Part shown: positions 30,043-40,447 of the stretch, piece after piece
Position numbering within the stretch: position 1 is the first letter of the stretch
Layout: every line of letters begins with the position of its first letter
Assembly: GCA_040901675.1 (NCBI GenBank)
Contig: JBBDYJ010000010.1
Coordinates: 330,599-394,598, forward strand
From: Pirellulales bacterium
GTDB lineage: Bacteria > Planctomycetota > Planctomycetia > Pirellulales > JAICIG01
DNA: 64,000 bases
Direction: 5' to 3'
Translations under genes and position numbers: made by a program
Notes under the pieces: model-generated
Databases searched by the model: none
What the model saw: only the letters and a program-made list of their open reading frames with translations
Told to the model about the DNA's origin: nothing

Positions 30043-31290
30043 ATGGCTACGTCCACCCCCTTGAGCAAGGACAACGTCGGCAAGGTCTTGGAGCGTGCCT
30101 TGGAGGCCGGCGAAGGGCTGTTGCGGCTGACGCCCACTTGGGTGCCGCGCAGCTTTTTGCACCCCGGCAAGCGGATCAAGCTGGCGCCCTCCGACTGGTA
30201 CGCCTACGGCGCGCACCGCGGCGGCATCGACGAACGCTGGTTCGGCAGCACCACCGAGGCGGCCAACGAGAACCGCACGCCCGACGAGGGGCTCAGCTAT
30301 ATCAGCTTCGAACGGCAGCGCTTTACGCTCCGCGACGCGGTGGCCGAGTCGGGCAAGCGGCTGATCGGCTCCAAGATGTTCGACAAGTACCAGCGCTGGC
30401 CCGTGTACTCCAAGTTCTTCGACAACATGGGACCGATCCCGCACCACATGCACCAGGGCTTCAAGCACGCGGCCCTGACCGGCCAAGAGGGCAAGCCGGA
30501 GAGCTACTACTTTCCGCCCCAATTGAACAACGTGGACAACCACTTCGCGTACACGTTCATGGGGTTGGAACCGGGCACGACCAAGGCCCAGCTTCGCAAA
30601 TGCCTGGAGGACTGGGACCGGGGCGACAATGGCATCCTCGACCTTTCGCGGGCCTACCGTCTGAAGCGGGGCACCGGTTGGCTGATCCCGCCCGGTGTGT
30701 TGCACGCCCCTGGCTCGCTCTGCACGTACGAGCCGCAATGGGGCTCCGACGTGTTCGGCATGTTCCAATCGCTGGTCGAGGGGCGGGAAGTTCCCTGGTC
30801 GCTGCTGGTCAAGGACGTTCCCAAGGAGAAGCACCGCGACTTGGACTTCATCATCGAGCAGCTCGACTGGGAAAAGAACGTCGATACGCACTTCAAGGAG
30901 CATAACTACCTGGAGCCGATCGTCGACCAGGCGAAGACCGGCAAGGGATTCACCGACCGCTGGATCGTCTACGGCACCGTCGACGGCGCGCAGTTGTTCA
31001 GCGCCAAGGAGCTGGCCGTCGAACCGGGCGCGAAGTGCAAGCTGGCGGACCCCGGCGCCAGCAGTTGGATCACCGTGCAGGGCCGCGGCCGCATGGGAAG
31101 GCTGAATCTTCAGACTCCGGCCATGATCCGCTTCAGGCAGGAGACCGAGGACGAGGTCTTCATCACGCACGAGACGGCCGCCGAGGGCGTCGAGATCGAG
31201 AACACGGGGAGCGAGCCGCTGGTCGGGCTGCGGTATTTCGGGCCCGACGTACACGATCGCTTACCCAAGGTGGGCGACAAGGTCCGCTGA
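30043..31290 (+). CDS. Cupin-fold protein, mannose-6-phosphate isomerase-like
   Basis: KFFDNMGPIPHHMH, KPESYYF, PGVLHAPG metal-site-like motifs; ATG at 30043. Confidence 0.8.
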   Translation: MATSTPLSKDNVGKVLERALEAGEGLLRLTPTWVPRSFLHPGKRIKLAPSDWYAYGAHRGGIDERWFGSTTEAANENRTPDEGLSYISFERQRFTLRDAVAESGKRLIGSKMFDKYQRWPVYSKFFDNMGPIPHHMHQGFKHAALTGQEGKPESYYFPPQLNNVDNHFAYTFMGLEPGTTKAQLRKCLEDWDRGDNGILDLSRAYRLKRGTGWLIPPGVLHAPGSLCTYEPQWGSDVFGMFQSLVEGREVPWSLLVKDVPKEKHRDLDFIIEQLDWEKNVDTHFKEHNYLEPIVDQAKTGKGFTDRWIVYGTVDGAQLFSAKELAVEPGAKCKLADPGASSWITVQGRGRMGRLNLQTPAMIRFRQETEDEVFITHETAAEGVEIENTGSEPLVGLRYFGPDVHDRLPKVGDKVR

Positions 31291-31452
31291 AAAAGTGGGT
31301 CCGCTGAAAAAGTGGGTCCGCTGAAAAAGTGGGTCCGCTGAAAAAGTGGGCCCGCTGAACGAGTGGGCTCGCTGAACGGGTGGGTTCGCTGAACGAGTGG
31401 GCCCGCTGAACGAGTGGGTTCGCTGAACGGGTGGGTTCGCTGAACCGAGTGG
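31281..31452 (+). repeat. 17-bp tandem repeat array (about 10 units)
   Basis: GGGTCCGCTGAAAAAGT x4 grading into GGGYYCGCTGAACGRGT units. Confidence 0.92.
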
Positions 31453-31521
31453 CTTTTCGGCCCGCGGGCCGTTTGAACCGAATCGTCCGAGCAATTCCGG
31501 CAACGAAGGAACCCTGACACC

Positions 31522-32451
31522 ATGAGCAAACGCATCGCAATCGGCACCTGGGCTTATTCGATCGGGCCGTACGCCAACTCGCCGATCCCATTCGAGGAAG
31601 TGGTTTCGAAGCTCGACGCCCTGGGGTTCGACGGGCTGGAGCTGGGCGGCTTCGGCATCCACCCCAACCCCGACTTGCAGAAGACCAGCGACGAGCGGGC
31701 CCGCGTCCGCGAGCTGTGGGAGTCGCGCGGCATGGGCTGCAGCGGCCTGGCCGCCGACCTGTGGAGCGAAAAGCTGATCACCGCCCCCGACGACAGCTCG
31801 TACATGAAGACCTTCCGCAAGAACCTCAAGTTCTGCAACGACCTGGGCATCGACGTCATCCGCGTCGACACCACCGAGGATCCCGGCGTGCTCGGCCAGG
31901 TGCCGGGCGAGCCCAAGAAGGAACAGACGGTCGACTACGAGGCGGCCCTGAAGCGGGTGGCCGGCACCTGGCGGCGCTGCGCCCAGGAGGCGGCCGACGC
32001 CGGCGTGCGGGTGGTGTGGGAGTTCGAGCCGGGCTTCGCCTTCAACAAGCCGAGCGACGTCTTTCGCGTGCTCGACGCGGTGAACCATCCGAACTTCATG
32101 ATCATGTTCGACACCTGCCACGCCAACATGGTGGCCAAGCACGGCTCGCGCCAGCCGGGCAGCCGCGAGACGCTGCCGGGTGGCATCAAGGAGCTGGCCC
32201 AGAAGCTGAAGGGGAAGATAGGCCGCCTGCACCTGATCGATTCGGACGACTCGCTGCACGACAATCACACCAGCACGCACCCGCCGTTCGGCGAAGGCAA
32301 CCTCGACTTCGACGAGTTCATGCCGGCCATCGCGGCCGCCGGCAGCCCCGACGATTGGTGGACCATCGACCTCTGCTTCTGGCCCGACGCCTGGAAGGCC
32401 ACCGAAAAGTGCAAGCGGGCCATTGACGGGCTGGCCAAGAAGTACGGCTGA
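31522..32451 (+). CDS. Sugar phosphate isomerase/epimerase (TIM barrel)
   Basis: GFDGLEL, WEFEPGF, FDTCHA, HLIDSD, HPPFGEG. Confidence 0.88.
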   Translation: MSKRIAIGTWAYSIGPYANSPIPFEEVVSKLDALGFDGLELGGFGIHPNPDLQKTSDERARVRELWESRGMGCSGLAADLWSEKLITAPDDSSYMKTFRKNLKFCNDLGIDVIRVDTTEDPGVLGQVPGEPKKEQTVDYEAALKRVAGTWRRCAQEAADAGVRVVWEFEPGFAFNKPSDVFRVLDAVNHPNFMIMFDTCHANMVAKHGSRQPGSRETLPGGIKELAQKLKGKIGRLHLIDSDDSLHDNHTSTHPPFGEGNLDFDEFMPAIAAAGSPDDWWTIDLCFWPDAWKATEKCKRAIDGLAKKYG

Positions 32452-32471
32452 CAATTGGGTATCCTTAAGAT

Positions 32472-33260
32472 ATGGCCAGCCCATTCCCCGGCATGGATCC
32501 GTACCTGGAAGACGCGGCCCTATGGCCCGGCTTTCATCATCGGCTGATCTCGGCCGCGGCGGAGTTGCTGCAACCGCAACTGAAAAGCCGGGGCTACTTC
32601 GTCGATATCGACGAGCGCGTCTGGCTGCTGGAGCCGCAGCGCTCGGTCTACCCGGACTTGGCGGTTTACAACCGGCCGAGGCGCGAGGCGCCGGCCGGGC
32701 TCACGGTGGCCGAGGCCGACGAGCCGGTTCGCATCCGGCGCAAGCAAGTCGAAGTCCGCGAGGCCTTCCTGCAGATTTACGACACAAAAGGAAACCGGCT
32801 TGTAACGGGAATCGAGTTCGTGAGTCCATCCAACAAGACCGATCCCAAAGGCAGAGAGCTTTACGAGCGGAAGCGGCAGGAAATGGAGGATGCGGGCGTC
32901 AACCTGGTTGAGATCGACCTGCTGCGCTCAGGACCGCATCTGCTCAAAGTCCCAGCCGCGCTCCTCGCCGGATTAAAGCCCTGGAATTACCTGGTCGGCA
33001 TCGTCCGTCCCAACCAGCCGGAGTACGAAGTCTACCCCATCCCGTTGCGAAACCGGCTGCCGCGGATCCGCGTTCCTTTGAAGCCGGATGACAGCGACGC
33101 AGTCCTCGATCTTCAACAGGTTTTCGAGCGTGCCTACGAAACGGGGCCATATCCTGACCGCCTTGACTATTCGGCCGATCCGGCCGTACCGCTGACCGGC
33201 GACGACGCCGCCTGGGCCGAGGAACAACTGGTTGCCAAGGCTGCGCCGGCCGGCCGGTGA
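32472..33260 (+). CDS. DUF4058 family protein
   Basis: [31 protein letters not shown]. Confidence 0.9.
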   Translation: MASPFPGMDPYLEDAALWPGFHHRLISAAAELLQPQLKSRGYFVDIDERVWLLEPQRSVYPDLAVYNRPRREAPAGLTVAEADEPVRIRRKQVEVREAFLQIYDTKGNRLVTGIEFVSPSNKTDPKGRELYERKRQEMEDAGVNLVEIDLLRSGPHLLKVPAALLAGLKPWNYLVGIVRPNQPEYEVYPIPLRNRLPRIRVPLKPDDSDAVLDLQQVFERAYETGPYPDRLDYSADPAVPLTGDDAAWAEEQLVAKAAPAGR

Positions 33261-33304
33261 CTGAGTTCGACAACATCCGCTACGACCACTTCCGAGGAGC
33301 AACG

Positions 33305-34462
33305 ATGTCCAAGCCTCTTAATGTCGGCCTGATCGGGTACGGCTTCATGGGCCGGGCCCACTCCAACGCTTACCGGCAAGTGAGCCAGTTCTTCCAGCGC
33401 GAGCACCGGCCGGTGCTCAAGGCCTGCTGCGCCCGCAACACGGACAAGATCAAGGCCTTTGCCGAGAACTGGGGGTACGAGTCGTTCGAGACCGACTGGC
33501 GCAAGCTGATCGACCGCAAGGACATCGACCTGATCGACATCGCCTCGCCCAACAACACGCACCGCGAGATCGTGCTGGCCGCCGCCAAGGCCGGCAAGAT
33601 GGTGCTCTGCGAAAAGCCGCTGGCCATGAACGCCGCCGAGGGGGAGGAGATGACGACCGCGGTCGAGCGGGCCGGCGTGGCCAACATGGTCTGGTTCAAC
33701 TATCGCCGCGTGCCGGCCATCGCCCTGGCCCGGCAGATCGTGGACGAGGGGCGTATCGGCCGGCCCTTCCACTACCGGGCCACGTACCTGCAGGACTGGA
33801 CGATTGCCGAGGAGGTGCCGCAGGGGGGCGCGGCGCTCTGGCGGCTGGACGTCAACGTGGCCGGCTCGGGCGTGACCGGCGACCTGCTGGCCCACTCCAT
33901 CGACACGGCCGAGTGGCTCAACGGACGCATCCGCCGGGTGACGGCCGCCACCGAGACGTTTGTCAAGCAGCGGATGCACCAGGAGACGGGCAAGGTCGAG
34001 CCGGTGGGGATCGACGACGCCTGCATGTTCCTGGCCCAGTTCGAAAACGGCTCGATGGGCACGTTCGAGAGCACGCGCTACGCCCGCGGCCGCAAGAATT
34101 ACAACACGTTCGAGCTCAACGGCGCATCCGGGAGCGTGTTCTTCGACCTGGAGGATCCGCAGATCCTGCAGTACTTCAAGTACGCCGATCCCGGCACCGG
34201 CGCCAAGATCGAAAGCCACCTGACCGGCTGGCAGAAGATCCACGTCACCAACTTCGAGCACCCCTACATGAACAAATGGTGGGTGCCGGGTTGCACGATC
34301 GGCTACGAGCACACGTTCATCAACGCCCTGGCTGACTTCCTGGAAGGCCTCGAGACCGGCAAGCCGGTGCAGCCGAGCTTCCGCACCGCCCTCCAGACCC
34401 AGAAGGTCTGCGATGCCGTGCTGGCCAGCGCCAAAAGCGGCCAATGGGTCGACGTCGGATAG
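33305..34462 (+). CDS. Gfo/Idh/MocA family oxidoreductase
   Basis: [38 protein letters not shown] before ATG33305. Confidence 0.94.
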   Translation: MSKPLNVGLIGYGFMGRAHSNAYRQVSQFFQREHRPVLKACCARNTDKIKAFAENWGYESFETDWRKLIDRKDIDLIDIASPNNTHREIVLAAAKAGKMVLCEKPLAMNAAEGEEMTTAVERAGVANMVWFNYRRVPAIALARQIVDEGRIGRPFHYRATYLQDWTIAEEVPQGGAALWRLDVNVAGSGVTGDLLAHSIDTAEWLNGRIRRVTAATETFVKQRMHQETGKVEPVGIDDACMFLAQFENGSMGTFESTRYARGRKNYNTFELNGASGSVFFDLEDPQILQYFKYADPGTGAKIESHLTGWQKIHVTNFEHPYMNKWWVPGCTIGYEHTFINALADFLEGLETGKPVQPSFRTALQTQKVCDAVLASAKSGQWVDVG

Positions 34463-34534
34463 GCTTCCAGCCTGTCGCCGTACGATAGGCATCTTGCCTG
34501 TCACCGTAGCGTAATCCATCCGGCCTGTCGTTTA

Positions 34535-34595
34535 TCGGGTGGCTGGGGCAAAGCGGGCTTCGGCGAGCTCAGTCGAGTCGTAGCGTGCCCCAGTT
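34535..34595 (+). repeat. REP-like R1 with single 24-bp insert (GGCTTCG variant)
   Basis: Insert at 34556-34579; bracketed by a 23-bp direct repeat at 34506-34528 and 34623-34645. Confidence 0.9.
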
Positions 34596-34683
34596 CAGCC
34601 GACGGCATCCTGCGGTGCTGCGGTAGCGTAATCCATCCGGCCTGTGCTAGGCTGGCGGCATCGTTTTCCCTTGCGGCGCCGAC

Positions 34684-35334
34684 ATGAACTACTTTGCCCA
34701 TGGTCGCCGCTTTATCGGCGACCCCTACTTTTTGGCCGGCACGGCAGTGCCCGACCTGTTGAATGTGGTCGACCGCCGGGTCCGGGTCCGCTCCAAGCAT
34801 GCCACCCCGTTCGTCGACGATGCCGACGCGCGCCTGGCGGCCGTGGCCCGCGGCATCGTCGAACACCACCGGGACGACGCCTGGTTTCACGAGACGCCGG
34901 CCTTTGCCGAGCTGTCCTGGCGGCTCACTGCCACCGTGCGCGACGCCCTGGACCCGGATGATGGGCTGCGCCCCAGCTTTCTGGGCCATATCCTGGTCGA
35001 GATCCTGCTGGACGACTACCTGATTCAGACGAACCCGCCGGCGCTGGAGGCCTACTACCACTCGCTGGCCGCGGCCGATGCTCAACTCGTCCAGCAAGCG
35101 GTCAACCGCATGGCTCCTGCCAGCACCGACCGGCTGGCCGCGGGAATAACGCGATTCGGCCAGGAACGATTCTTGTGGGATTACTCGGACGATGGCAAAC
35201 TGTGTTACCGGCTGGACCAGGTGATGCGGCGGGTGGGACTGGCACCGCTGCCGGCGGCATTCCGCGGCCTGCTCGCCGACGCCCGGCGGCTGGTCCACGA
35301 GCACACCGACGCACTATTGACTCCACATCCTTGA
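34684..35334 (+). CDS. Hypothetical protein, ACP phosphodiesterase (AcpH)-like
   Basis: MNYFAH, GIVEHHRDDAWFH, HILVEILLD. Confidence 0.7.
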   Translation: MNYFAHGRRFIGDPYFLAGTAVPDLLNVVDRRVRVRSKHATPFVDDADARLAAVARGIVEHHRDDAWFHETPAFAELSWRLTATVRDALDPDDGLRPSFLGHILVEILLDDYLIQTNPPALEAYYHSLAAADAQLVQQAVNRMAPASTDRLAAGITRFGQERFLWDYSDDGKLCYRLDQVMRRVGLAPLPAAFRGLLADARRLVHEHTDALLTPHP

Positions 35335-35359
35335 AAACGCCTGCCCCGGGAGACACTCG

Positions 35360-36208
35360 ATGAAGTTCGGCATGAACCTGCTCTTGTGGACCGACACGGT
35401 AACCGATGCCCACCGGCCGATCCTGGAGCGGCTCAAACAGATGGGTTTCGACGGGGTCGAGCTGCCTATCTTCGACCTGGACACCGACAAGTATGCCAAG
35501 CTGGGCCGCTGGCTCGACAACCTGGGCCTCCAGCGCACGGCCGTCACCTGCCGCGGCGCCGACGACAACCCGATCAGCTCCGATGCCAAGGTCCGCGCCG
35601 AGGCGGTCGCCAAGAACAAGGGCGTGCTCGATTGCTGCCAGGCGGCGGGCATCAAGCTGCTGGCCGGCCCGTACCACTCGGCCCTGGGGGTCTTCAGCGG
35701 CAGCGGGCCGACCGCCGACGAGTGGACATGGGGCGTCGAGGGCATGCGGCAAACGGCCGAGCACGCGGCAAGCCGCGGAGTGACCCTGGCCGTCGAGTAT
35801 CTGAACCGCTTCGAGTGTTACCTGCTCAACTGCGCGGCCGACACGGCCCGCTTCGTCACCGAAGTGGACCATCCGGCTTGCCGGATGATGTATGACACGT
35901 TCCATGCCAACATCGAGGAAAAGGACGTGGCGGCCGCCATCCGCGGCTGCGCTGCGCAGACGGTGCACGTGCACCTGTCGGAGAACGATCGGGGCACGCC
36001 GGGAAGCGGGCAGGTCGCCTGGGCCGAGACGTTCGACGCCTTCAAACAGACCGGCTACGACGGTTGGTTCACCATCGAGGCTTTCGGGTTGGCGCTGCCG
36101 GCCCTGGCAGCCGCCACCAAGATCTGGCGGCGGATGTTCCAGAGCGAAGAACAGCTTGCCCGCGACGGCCTCCAGTTCATCCAGCGCGCGTGGGCCAGCC
36201 GCTCGTAG
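35360..36208 (+). CDS. D-psicose/D-tagatose 3-epimerase family protein
   Basis: GFDGVELP, EYLNRFECYLLN, DTFHANIEE, HLSENDRGTPG. Confidence 0.9.
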   Translation: MKFGMNLLLWTDTVTDAHRPILERLKQMGFDGVELPIFDLDTDKYAKLGRWLDNLGLQRTAVTCRGADDNPISSDAKVRAEAVAKNKGVLDCCQAAGIKLLAGPYHSALGVFSGSGPTADEWTWGVEGMRQTAEHAASRGVTLAVEYLNRFECYLLNCAADTARFVTEVDHPACRMMYDTFHANIEEKDVAAAIRGCAAQTVHVHLSENDRGTPGSGQVAWAETFDAFKQTGYDGWFTIEAFGLALPALAAATKIWRRMFQSEEQLARDGLQFIQRAWASRS

Positions 36209-36223
36209 GCTGGCAAACAGGCC

Positions 36224-36985
36224 ATGAGCTCCAAGGACGATGCCGGCGGCGAGCAACCAGCCGACTCGGGGCCGAATGCCTTCCAAGGGCGGCCCGGGGA
36301 CCGCGGCCTGTCGCTGAACGAGTTGAGCGAGGCGTTCGCCGAGATGCTCGGCGGAGGGCACGACCCATACCAGGTCCAGGCTGCCGCCGATGCGGCGGAT
36401 CGGGTCTCGGAGCCGGCGGCTGCGGGCGAGCAGGATCCGGCCGCCGGGCAGGCGGGATGTGAGATCTCTCCCCGCAGCATTCTGGAGGCGATGCTCTTCG
36501 TGGGCAGCCCCACGAATGAGCCATTGACCAGCGATCGAGTGGCCAGCCTGATGCGGGGCGTCCGGCCAGCCGAAATCGATGACCTGGTGCGCGACTTGAA
36601 CCGCCAGTATCAGGCGTGCGGCTGCCCCTACCACATCGCCAGCCAGGGTGCCGGCTACCGGTTGGTGCTGCACGAGACGTTTGACCGGATTCGCGGCAAG
36701 TTCTATGGCCGCGTCCGCCACGCACGGCTTTCGCCCGCGGCCATCGAGGTGCTGGCGTTGATCGCTTACAACGGCTCGCTGACCGCCGAGCAAGTGGCCC
36801 GGCTGCGGGGTACTTCGAGCGGCTCGATCCTTTCGCTGCTGGTCCGCCGGCAGTTGCTGAGGATCGAACGGCGCCAGGAGTCGCCTCGCACGCCGCACTA
36901 CTACACTACCGGCCGCTTCTTGGAGGTTTTTGGCCTGGAAAGCCTGGACGATTTGCCGCGCAGCGAAGAGTTGGACAAACGCTAG
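36224..36985 (+). CDS. scpB: SMC-Scp complex subunit ScpB
   Basis: LEAMLFV, LSPAAIEVLALIAY, YYTTGRFLEVFGLESLDDLP. Confidence 0.9.
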   Translation: MSSKDDAGGEQPADSGPNAFQGRPGDRGLSLNELSEAFAEMLGGGHDPYQVQAAADAADRVSEPAAAGEQDPAAGQAGCEISPRSILEAMLFVGSPTNEPLTSDRVASLMRGVRPAEIDDLVRDLNRQYQACGCPYHIASQGAGYRLVLHETFDRIRGKFYGRVRHARLSPAAIEVLALIAYNGSLTAEQVARLRGTSSGSILSLLVRRQLLRIERRQESPRTPHYYTTGRFLEVFGLESLDDLPRSEELDKR

Positions 36986-37028
36986 CTGCCTCCCTGAGGA
37001 TCGGCCGAAGAATCACTTCGTCAGATCG

Positions 37029-37063
37029 CAACTGGGGCACGCTTTATCGCTTTGCCCCAGCCA
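37029..37063 (-). repeat. REP-like R1, empty variant
   Basis: CAACTGGGGCACGCTTTATCGCTTTGCCCCAGCCA on the + strand. Confidence 0.8.
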
Positions 37064-37246
37064 GCAGCTCGCTCGAATCTGCCGCAGCTATTCTCCGTTC
37101 GACCCTAAGGTTTGTGCCAGTAAGAAGTTGCGGATAATGGCCTGAATGCGCAGATTCCTCCGGCCGCCGTTGGTAGAATAGTTGTTTCATGCCTTAACCA
37201 CAGGGCACCCCGATGAGTTGGATCTCTCTTCTCGATTTCCGTCAGG

Positions 37247-37978
37247 ATGTCACGCCTGGTTGATTCGCTGGCTAGTCATTCGACACGCCGAGAAAAACTG
37301 GCCGCCTTGCGGGGGGCGGTGCCGGCCGTGCTCCCCTCGCTGCTGTTGTGCGATTTCGCCAACCTGGCCCTGGAAATCGACAAGCTGCACGAGGCCGGCG
37401 TGCCTGCCTTGCACCTGGACGTGATGGACGGCCACTTTGTGCCGAACCTGACGTATGGCTTGCCCATCGTCGAAGCGGTGCGGCGGCTGACCGACCTGCC
37501 GCTGGACGTGCACCTGATGATTTCCGATCCGGCCGGCTGGGTCGAGCGGTTCTTCGAGGCGGGCGCCGACGTGCTGACGGTCCATGCCGAGGCGGTCGAG
37601 CATCCCGCTGGGGTGCTGGAGCAGATCCGCGCCCTGGGCGCCGCAGCGGGCCTGGCCATCAATCCCCCTACGCCGGTCTCCGTCATCGAGGACTGCCTGG
37701 CGCTGTGCGACCTGGTGCTGGTCATGAGCGTGATGCCAGGCTTCGGCGGCCAGCGATTCGACCCCGTCGCCCTCGACAAGCTGCGGATGTTGAAAGCACA
37801 GACCGGCGAGCGAGTCCTCTTGGAGGTCGACGGGGGGATCAACCAATCCAGCATTGCCCCGTGCGCTCGCGCGGGCGCCGAACTGTTTGTGGTCGGCTCG
37901 GCGATTTTTCGGACCAATGACTACACGGCCGCCGTGAAGAGTTTGACCGGCGCGGCCATGGCAAACCGAGGAGGTTGA
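37247..37978 (+). CDS. rpe: Ribulose-phosphate 3-epimerase
   Basis: HLDVMDGHFVPN, DVHLMI, MSVMPGFGGQ, EVDGGI. Confidence 0.96.
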   Translation: MSRLVDSLASHSTRREKLAALRGAVPAVLPSLLLCDFANLALEIDKLHEAGVPALHLDVMDGHFVPNLTYGLPIVEAVRRLTDLPLDVHLMISDPAGWVERFFEAGADVLTVHAEAVEHPAGVLEQIRALGAAAGLAINPPTPVSVIEDCLALCDLVLVMSVMPGFGGQRFDPVALDKLRMLKAQTGERVLLEVDGGINQSSIAPCARAGAELFVVGSAIFRTNDYTAAVKSLTGAAMANRGG

Positions 37979-37989
37979 CAAGACGGGCG

Positions 37990-38571
37990 ATGGTTCAAAT
38001 TGTTCTGATCCGTCCTGGTGCAACGCATTACGATCAACAGGGGCGCATCCAGGGAGTCCTCGACGTGCCGCTGAGCGACGAGGGCACCGACGAAGTGGCC
38101 AAGGTCGGCGGCGAACTGGAGGGGATTGGCATCGAAGTGCTGTATTCTTCCATCTGCGAGCGGGCCTGGCAGACCGCTTCGGCCATTGCCGCACTTTTAG
38201 GAGTGAAGGCCAAGAAGCTCGAGAACATGCACAACCTGAACCACGGCTTGTGGCAGGGTATGCTCGTTGACGACGTGAGGCGCAAGCAACCCAAGGTCTA
38301 CCGGCAGTGGCAGGAACAGCCCCAGAGCATCTGCCCGCCCGAGGGCGAAATGCTCAGCCAGGCCGGCGGCCGCGTGCGGTCGACGCTCGCCCGGCTGTTG
38401 AAGAGACATAAAGAAGGAGTGATCGGGCTGGTCGTTCCCGAGCCCCTGGCCAGCCTGGTGCGATCCCACCTGCGGCACACGGATCTGGGCGATCTATGGC
38501 GGGCCGGCAGCCAGCACGGCACCTGGGAAGTCATCGACGTCGAGCCTCGCAGTGTCGCCCATAGCGGATAA
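37990..38571 (+). CDS. Histidine phosphatase superfamily protein, catalytic His absent
   Basis: LIRPGAT instead of [29 protein letters not shown]. Confidence 0.85.
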   Translation: MVQIVLIRPGATHYDQQGRIQGVLDVPLSDEGTDEVAKVGGELEGIGIEVLYSSICERAWQTASAIAALLGVKAKKLENMHNLNHGLWQGMLVDDVRRKQPKVYRQWQEQPQSICPPEGEMLSQAGGRVRSTLARLLKRHKEGVIGLVVPEPLASLVRSHLRHTDLGDLWRAGSQHGTWEVIDVEPRSVAHSG

Positions 38572-38573
38572 TC

Positions 38574-39422
38574 ATGGCCAGCAAATCCGAAATCCAACTC
38601 GGGCAGCCCGGCATGAAGCGCCCCAAGCGAGGTGTTCCCGAGGGGCTCTGGAAACGCTGCCCGGGCTGCCAGGCCACCATCTTCCGCAAGGAGGCCGAGA
38701 AGCGGCTGGGCGTCTGTCCCGAGTGCGACTACCACTGGTACGTGTCGGCACGCGAGCGGATCAGCCAGCTTCTGGACGATGGCACCTTCGAGGAGTGGGA
38801 CTGCGGACTAGAGCCCACCGATCCGCTCGACTTCGTCGACAAAAAGCCCTATAGCGAGCGGCTCAAGGCGGAGCAGGCCCGCACCGGCCTTTCGGATGCG
38901 GCCATGGTGGGCACCGGCATGATCCGTGCCCGCCGCGTGGCCTTCGGCGTGACCGACTCCGCCTTCATCATGGGGAGCATGGGGGCCGTGGTCGGCGAAA
39001 AGTTGACCCGCACCGTCGAGCGGGCCACCTCCCAGCGGCTGCCTTTGATCATCGTCAGCGGTTCCGGGGGTGGAGCCCGCATGCACGAGGGCATCCTCTC
39101 GCTGATGCAAATGGCAAAGGTCTCTGCGGCGTTGGCACGCTACGACCAGGCGGGCGGCTTGTTCATCTCGGTGCTGACCAATCCAACGATGGGAGGCGTG
39201 GCCGCCAGCTTTGCCTCGCTGGGCGACCTGGTGTTCGCCGAGCCCAAGGCCTTGATTGGTTTTGCCGGCCCGCGCACCATCCAGGCGACCATCCGCATCG
39301 AGCTGCCCAAGGGCTTTCAGACCAGCGAGTTCCTGCTGGAGCACGGTTTCATCGACCGAATCGTCCGTCGAGGCGACCTCAAGAGCGAGATTGCCCGCGC
39401 CATCGACTATTGCGGCAAGTAA
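38574..39422 (+). CDS. accD: Acetyl-CoA carboxylase carboxyltransferase beta subunit
   Basis: [12 protein letters not shown] zinc finger, GSMG.VVGEK, GARMHEG, PTMGGV.ASF. Confidence 0.97.
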   Translation: MASKSEIQLGQPGMKRPKRGVPEGLWKRCPGCQATIFRKEAEKRLGVCPECDYHWYVSARERISQLLDDGTFEEWDCGLEPTDPLDFVDKKPYSERLKAEQARTGLSDAAMVGTGMIRARRVAFGVTDSAFIMGSMGAVVGEKLTRTVERATSQRLPLIIVSGSGGGARMHEGILSLMQMAKVSAALARYDQAGGLFISVLTNPTMGGVAASFASLGDLVFAEPKALIGFAGPRTIQATIRIELPKGFQTSEFLLEHGFIDRIVRRGDLKSEIARAIDYCGK

Positions 39423-39430
39423 GTTCCTCC

Positions 39431-40306
39431 ATGGGCCTCTTCGGTCAGCTCAAGGCGATGATCACGCGCGGGCGGGTCGACGTCCGCGCCCGCTACGAGT
39501 TCCTGCAGAAGGCCATCTCCGGCACGATGTCGAAGTTCTACAAGGCCCGCGACCGCGAGACCAGCCGGATCGTGGGAGTGAAGATCCTCGATCCCAAGAA
39601 GACGGCCGACTTCGAGGCCCGCTTCAAGGGATTGAAGAAACCGAGCGAAGGCGAGATCCTCTCCTCGATCGATCATCCCCGCATTGTCAAAGGGCTCCAG
39701 TACGGCACCACGAGCGAAGGCGAGCCGTTCGTGGTGATGGAGTATCTGGAAGGCGCCGGGCTGAACTCGCTGATCATCGGGCGCAGCCCGCTCTTGGACG
39801 GCCGGCGAGTGAACCTCATACGTCAGGCGGCCGAGGCCCTGGAGGCGGTCCACGATGCCGGTTATATCCACCGCGACGTCTGCCCCCGCAATTTCATGGT
39901 TACGCCCGATGCCGGAGAACTGACGCTGATCGACTTCGGACTCACGGTGCCGGCGACCGCCCACTTCATGCAGCCGGGCAATCGCACCGGGACGCCGAAC
40001 TACATGGCCCCCGAACTGGTGAAACGCAAGGCCACGGATAAGCGGCTCGACGTGTTCGCCTTCGGCGTCAGCGCCTATGAGATCTGCACCTTCCACCTCC
40101 CCTGGGAGCGCGGCACCACCGGGCAAATCGCCATGACCCATGCCAACCAGCCGCCTATCGATATCCGGCGTTACCGGCCCAAGATGCATCCGATCCTGGC
40201 AGGCGCCATCACGCATTGCATCGAGCGCGATCCGGCCGCCAGGTTTGAAAGCGTCGGCGACTTTCTCCGCGCCATCGAGACCGTCGAGTCCGAAGAGGCC
40301 GACTAG
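39431..40306 (+). CDS. Ser/Thr protein kinase (soluble, kinase domain only)
   Basis: VGVK, VMEY, IHRDVCPRN, LIDFG, GTPNYMAPE, DVFAFG. Confidence 0.93.
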   Translation: MGLFGQLKAMITRGRVDVRARYEFLQKAISGTMSKFYKARDRETSRIVGVKILDPKKTADFEARFKGLKKPSEGEILSSIDHPRIVKGLQYGTTSEGEPFVVMEYLEGAGLNSLIIGRSPLLDGRRVNLIRQAAEALEAVHDAGYIHRDVCPRNFMVTPDAGELTLIDFGLTVPATAHFMQPGNRTGTPNYMAPELVKRKATDKRLDVFAFGVSAYEICTFHLPWERGTTGQIAMTHANQPPIDIRRYRPKMHPILAGAITHCIERDPAARFESVGDFLRAIETVESEEAD

Positions 40307-40418
40307 TACTACAACGCGGATCGACTCCCCGGGCGCAACCTCTGGTGGCGGGTCGACGCTTGCTAGCACAAGATGATGTGCTAGCGAGGCGCGATCCGCG
40401 TTGTAATACTAGGCGATC

Positions 40419-40447
40419 GTAGCAGAACTCGCCAGAGTTCTGGCGAG
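40419..40447 (+). repeat. REP-like family R3
   Basis: GTAGCAGAACTCGCCAGAGTTCTGGCGAG. Confidence 0.75.

Noticed and set aside
31281..31452. Possible CRISPR array
   Set aside because: Units are contiguous 17-mers with no unique spacers, and there are no cas genes in the window.
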